In this document: piece after piece, positions 6,914-10,341 of the stretch
Layout: every line of letters starts with the position of its first letter
Position numbering within the stretch: position 1 is the stretch's first letter
Origin: Candidatus Micrarchaeota archaeon
Lineage (GTDB): Archaea; Micrarchaeota; Micrarchaeia; Norongarragalinales; SBBD01
DNA: 10,341 nucleotides
Direction of reading: 5' to 3'
Assembly (NCBI GenBank): GCA_038046605.1
Contig: JBBSVW010000017.1
Span: 1 to 10,341 of the forward strand
Position numbers and translations under genes: made by a program
Notes under the pieces: generated by a model
Databases searched by the model: none
What the model saw: only the letters and a program-made list of their open reading frames with translations
Told to the model about the DNA's origin: nothing

Positions 6914-7045
6914 AGTATCAAACCCCAAACATCCAAAATATGAGCCAATCATTGAATTTGCCTTAAAAAAGGCAATGAAAAAAACCAAATATTTTTTTTT
7001 TAAACGCCAGCATATCTCAAAAGCGCTTTTTGCCTAAAATAATGA

Positions 7046-10000
7046 TCATGCGGCCCTCGATATTTTTATGTAAGGGACCCCCTGGGGGTCCTTTGCAACA
7101 ATTCCCTGCAACGAAATTTCCCCCTTAAGACCTGTAGCGAATGTGCCGTATATGACCCCGCTTTCGTCCTCAAGCTTGATTAGGCACTGCGTCGCGCCCT
7201 TCTTGATTGTTGTTGCCTGCGCCTGCAGGGCGATCCTTTTCCCAACGCTTGCGCCCTTGATTATGTCAAAGATCCGCACTGCCCCCTTAGGAGGTAAGGG
7301 TTTTTCCGTTTTTAAGCTTAATGTGGGCGCAGCGGCAACGGGTTTTTGCATGGGATTAATTGCCTTGGAAGGGGCATTTTGAATTTGCGCATTTTGCATT
7401 GCATTAACCCCATTTTTCTGGATTTTTGGGGGCGATATGGGATTTTGCGTTTTTAGTGGTACTTGGATATTTTGGGAAAGCGGGGGGGCCTTTGGAATTT
7501 GTTTTTTGGGGAAAGCGGATGGCTTGGAGGCGGTGTTTTTTTGCGCGTTTGGGCTTATTTTGGGAATAGACCTGGGCACAGCCATTTCAATTTCGCCCTG
7601 AGTTTCGTTTTCAGATTCGCCCTCGCCAGTGGATTCCCCTTCTCTTTCAGAGGATTCTGCCATTTCATCTTCCATTTGCGAAGTTTCCTGCGCATGCTCC
7701 AAGGCTGCCTCATCCACCTCGCCAACGATTTCGGTTTCAGATTGCTCTTCGGGGGCGTCATCCTGAGATTGGATTGGGATATTTTTTTGAGCAAAGGGCC
7801 TTGCCTTTACTGAAGGGATGATCCTTCCTGCAGCGCCCCTGGCTTGAATGGAATCCTTGGTTATTTTTTGGGGGACAAGCTGCGATTTGGGGACTTTTTG
7901 CGATTTGCCGATTTGTTTTCCCTGCGCAACTGGGGGTTGGGTTTCCTGCGAGGCATCCGCGCCATTTTCCGCGCCCCCATCATCGTTTTCGGATTGCGAA
8001 TTTTCTTGCATGTTTTGCGAATCATCTGCTTCCAGCGCATCATCGGATTCCTTTTGCGCTGCGCCCTCATCCTGCACGCTTTTGGCAATTTCCCTTGATT
8101 TTTGGAGCTGTTCCACTTTTTCGGAGTGTATCTTTGATAGTTCCGATTTTAGCTTTTGCCTAAGCGTTTGGAGCTTTTTGGTGTGGGTATCCTTCATCTT
8201 CCCGTATTCCACTTCCTTGATCTTGCCCTCGATGTATTCCTCCTCATTGCTTTCTAGAATTTGTTCAAGGCCCTCCTTTTCCTCCTGCAAATCCTTGATG
8301 TGCTCCGGGAGCTCGTCCCCCTCGGATGCAAGTTCCATCTTTGCATCAAGTTCGGAAACCGAGATCTTGGCGTCCTCAAGGGCCCGCTTTAGCTCGAGCA
8401 GGTCGTCACGGGTCGCATAATTGTCAATTTTATTGCCCATATTTTCAGTCATTCCGACCAGTTCCTTTAGGGATTCGGCCATGATATCCTGCTTTCCACG
8501 GTAGAGGGTGAATTCGTTAAGCTTGCGGCCAAGCTCGATATAAACGCGGCCGGTTTCATCCGCAAGCCGCTCGACTTTTGAAACGGTGTTGTCTATTTTT
8601 GCGCTCCTATCGGCGATGTCCTTGCTGACTGTAGCTATGTTCTTGAGGCTCCCTATTGCCTCCAGCATGGAGCGTACGCGCGAAAGGGTCTGGGCCATAT
8701 CGCCGGTGATTGTCTCGAGCTTTTCAACCTTCATGGCCTCCTCGCCAATTTGCCTATCGCGCTTGTCGAGTTCTTTTGCAAAGCGCTGGGGCTCGAGATC
8801 GGATACCATTTCCACAAATTTGTCAAGCTTTGATTCCTGCTCCTTGGTTGAGCTTTCCTTTTCGAAGAGCATTGTGCGAAGTTCGCCGATGTTTTCCATT
8901 ATGTGCTCGATGCGCTCCTCCACAACTGTTCGCGTGTTCTCGACGGTTTCCATCTTCGCCTTGAATTTTTCAAGCTCGAGGGTAAGCTTTGCAACCTCGG
9001 CGGAACTAGCGCCATTCCCCTCATCACCGCCCCCGCCCGAGCTGGTTGGGGCCGATGCACTTGAGGATACTTCTGGTTTTGTTGGCGAATTGCCAGAAGC
9101 TTCCGATTCGGCCTCCTGCCTTGATTTGTTGTATTCGGCAAGCTCCTGTGGGGTCATTTCCTCCGGAAGCTTGTCAGCCCATGAGGGCGCGCCTCCTTGC
9201 ACAGAGGAGGAGGATGCGGCTGAAGAGGAATTCTCATCTCCGGCATCCGGGGAAGCCTCACTGCCCTGGGCAGCGCGAAAGCCCCCCCCCTGCTGCTTTT
9301 TGAATTTGCCCATTATTCCCCCTAGTTTTCCAAGCAGGGCCCCGGCCCTAACTTGCATTTCGTTTTTGGAATTAGTAACCATGGAATCCGCCCCCCTTGC
9401 AATATCAGATGCGCCAATTCCTTCATTAACCCCCTTTTTGGGATTGATTTTCAAGGATTGCATTATATCATCAGCCCCGTCCTCAAGGCCGCTTGTTGCA
9501 TTGCCGTAATCATTCCCCTCATTTTCTGGCCCGTAATCATTGCCGGCGAATTCCCCCTCGCCGCTCCCTTCATTTCCGCTTGCCGCATAATCATTGCTGC
9601 CAAGTTTCCCGCCGTCGCCCTCTTGTTCGCCGCCTGCCTTTTTGTTTTGGCGAAGCTTTAGCGCATTTAAAATTTCATCCGCCTCGCTTGACCCATAGCC
9701 CCGCCCCATCCTGCCTTTAATTGAAAAAGCCGCAAGTTTTTCCTTGAATGATATCGGCTTTACAGCCCTCCCCTCATCTAGCTGCGGCGCGCTTGCCCTT
9801 GCGTATTGCCTTCCTTGTGATTTTCCGCCAAATTTATCCCCATCGGAATTGTAATTGCCCCCCGCAGTGCCATTCCCGGAATTATCGCCGGATTCATTAT
9901 CGCCCCCGCCCATGGAGGATTGGAAATTCATTTTCCGCAATGGCTTGGTGGTGGAAAAATTACCCCCCTCTTCATCATCCCCTTGCGCATTCCCGCCTTC

Positions 10001-10341
10001 TTCTTCCCCAACCCCCGCTTGCTTAGAAAACTTGTCATATACATCGGTTGGTGACTCAAGCGCTGTTGCCTCCCCTGCCTGGCCGGAAAGCAATTTGTTA
10101 ATCCTTCCGAGCTTTTTAACGTTCTCAACTTTTAGCTCCTTGTAGCTTTTATCGGAAATTGCGCCCTCGTTGTAGGAATCCTCAAGGAAGGACAAAAGCG
10201 ATTCTATATCGTGCTTGTTTTTGCGAAGCGTTTGTTTTTTCCCAGAAGAGATCTCTTCATCCTCATCAAAATCATCCGCCCCCTCAAGGGCATCAATGCT
10301 TCTGACTGTTTCAAGGTTTTTTAGCGCCGCTGCTTTTTCGC
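7046..10341 (-). CDS. Large hypothetical coiled-coil/IDR protein with duplicated SHOCT/CdvA-like helical module and C-terminal OB-fold-like domain (5'-truncated, at least 1097 aa)
   Basis: The frame is open from the TGA at 7046 to the window edge. Codons upstream of the TTG at 10195 read EKAAALKNLETVRSIDALEGADDFDEDEEISSGKKQTLRKNKHDIESL with no stop. Coiled-coil rod at about 8070-9004, acidic G/S/E/D-rich and basic P/K/Q-rich low-complexity regions, and a beta-rich last ~78 aa. Confidence 0.85.
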   Translation of the reverse strand, partial: EKAAALKNLETVRSIDALEGADDFDEDEEISSGKKQTLRKNKHDIESLLSFLEDSYNEGAISDKSYKELKVENVKKLGRINKLLSGQAGEATALESPTDVYDKFSKQAGVGEEEGGNAQGDDEEGGNFSTTKPLRKMNFQSSMGGGDNESGDNSGNGTAGGNYNSDGDKFGGKSQGRQYARASAPQLDEGRAVKPISFKEKLAAFSIKGRMGRGYGSSEADEILNALKLRQNKKAGGEQEGDGGKLGSNDYAASGNEGSGEGEFAGNDYGPENEGNDYGNATSGLEDGADDIMQSLKINPKKGVNEGIGASDIARGADSMVTNSKNEMQVRAGALLGKLGGIMGKFKKQQGGGFRAAQGSEASPDAGDENSSSAASSSSVQGGAPSWADKLPEEMTPQELAEYNKSRQEAESEASGNSPTKPEVSSSASAPTSSGGGGDEGNGASSAEVAKLTLELEKFKAKMETVENTRTVVEERIEHIMENIGELRTMLFEKESSTKEQESKLDKFVEMVSDLEPQRFAKELDKRDRQIGEEAMKVEKLETITGDMAQTLSRVRSMLEAIGSLKNIATVSKDIADRSAKIDNTVSKVERLADETGRVYIELGRKLNEFTLYRGKQDIMAESLKELVGMTENMGNKIDNYATRDDLLELKRALEDAKISVSELDAKMELASEGDELPEHIKDLQEEKEGLEQILESNEEEYIEGKIKEVEYGKMKDTHTKKLQTLRQKLKSELSKIHSEKVEQLQKSREIAKSVQDEGAAQKESDDALEADDSQNMQENSQSENDDGGAENGADASQETQPPVAQGKQIGKSQKVPKSQLVPQKITKDSIQARGAAGRIIPSVKARPFAQKNIPIQSQDDAPEEQSETEIVGEVDEAALEHAQETSQMEDEMAESSEREGESTGEGESENETQGEIEMAVPRSIPKISPNAQKNTASKPSAFPKKQIPKAPPLSQNIQVPLKTQNPISPPKIQKNGVNAMQNAQIQNAPSKAINPMQKPVAAAPTLSLKTEKPLPPKGAVRIFDIIKGASVGKRIALQAQATTIKKGATQCLIKLEDESGVIYGTFATGLKGEISLQGIVAKDPQGVPYIKISRAA

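Noticed and set aside
8586-9509. 307-aa plus-strand ORF (also 7848-8420, 6504-7037 and 7463-7813)
   Set aside because: Antisense shadows of the E/K-rich coiled-coil genes. Their S/F/L-rich translations are what the reverse complement of such codons gives.
10193-10195. TTG at 10195 as the start of the large protein
   Set aside because: The frame stays open to the window edge, and this TTG falls inside the first duplicated module.
7046-10341. Calling the large protein SMC/Rad50, a chemoreceptor or CdvA itself
   Set aside because: No Walker B/signature motif, hinge, zinc hook, MCP hairpin-tip motif or PRC barrel is visible in the available part. Only generic coiled-coil similarity and a short CdvA/SHOCT-like motif are present.
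1-10341. CRISPR array, tRNA, rRNA, CIRCE element or defence system
   Set aside because: No regularly spaced direct repeats, cloverleaf or rRNA signatures, TTAGCACTC-N9-GAGTGCTAA, or nuclease/NTPase motifs were seen by eye.

Overview
Archaeal-looking window: TATA/BRE-type promoters, GGTGA-like SD motifs and a class III (archaeal type IV) prepilin. A DPANN-type lineage is plausible but cannot be established from sequence alone. From left to right: (1) a possible right end of another IS at the window edge; (2) a complete 909-bp IS481-family element (63-971, TGT...ACA ends, 29-bp imperfect TIRs); (3) two tandem T2SS-F/TadB-TadC-like pilus platform genes with no adjacent ATPase; (4) a 39-aa class III prepilin (30-aa mature peptide) with its own TATA box; (5) a convergent, overlapping orphan gene; (6) a stand-alone class A dnaJ; (7) two large minus-strand genes of unknown function built from coiled coils and long disordered regions. 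The larger of these runs off the window (at least 1097 aa). It carries two copies of a SHOCT/CdvA-like Y-x-E-G-x-I-x4-Y helical module, a ~300-aa coiled-coil rod, repeated short motifs and a C-terminal OB-fold-like domain. This pair is the best candidate for an undescribed scaffold or cytoskeleton-like system. No CRISPR array, tRNA or rRNA was seen.
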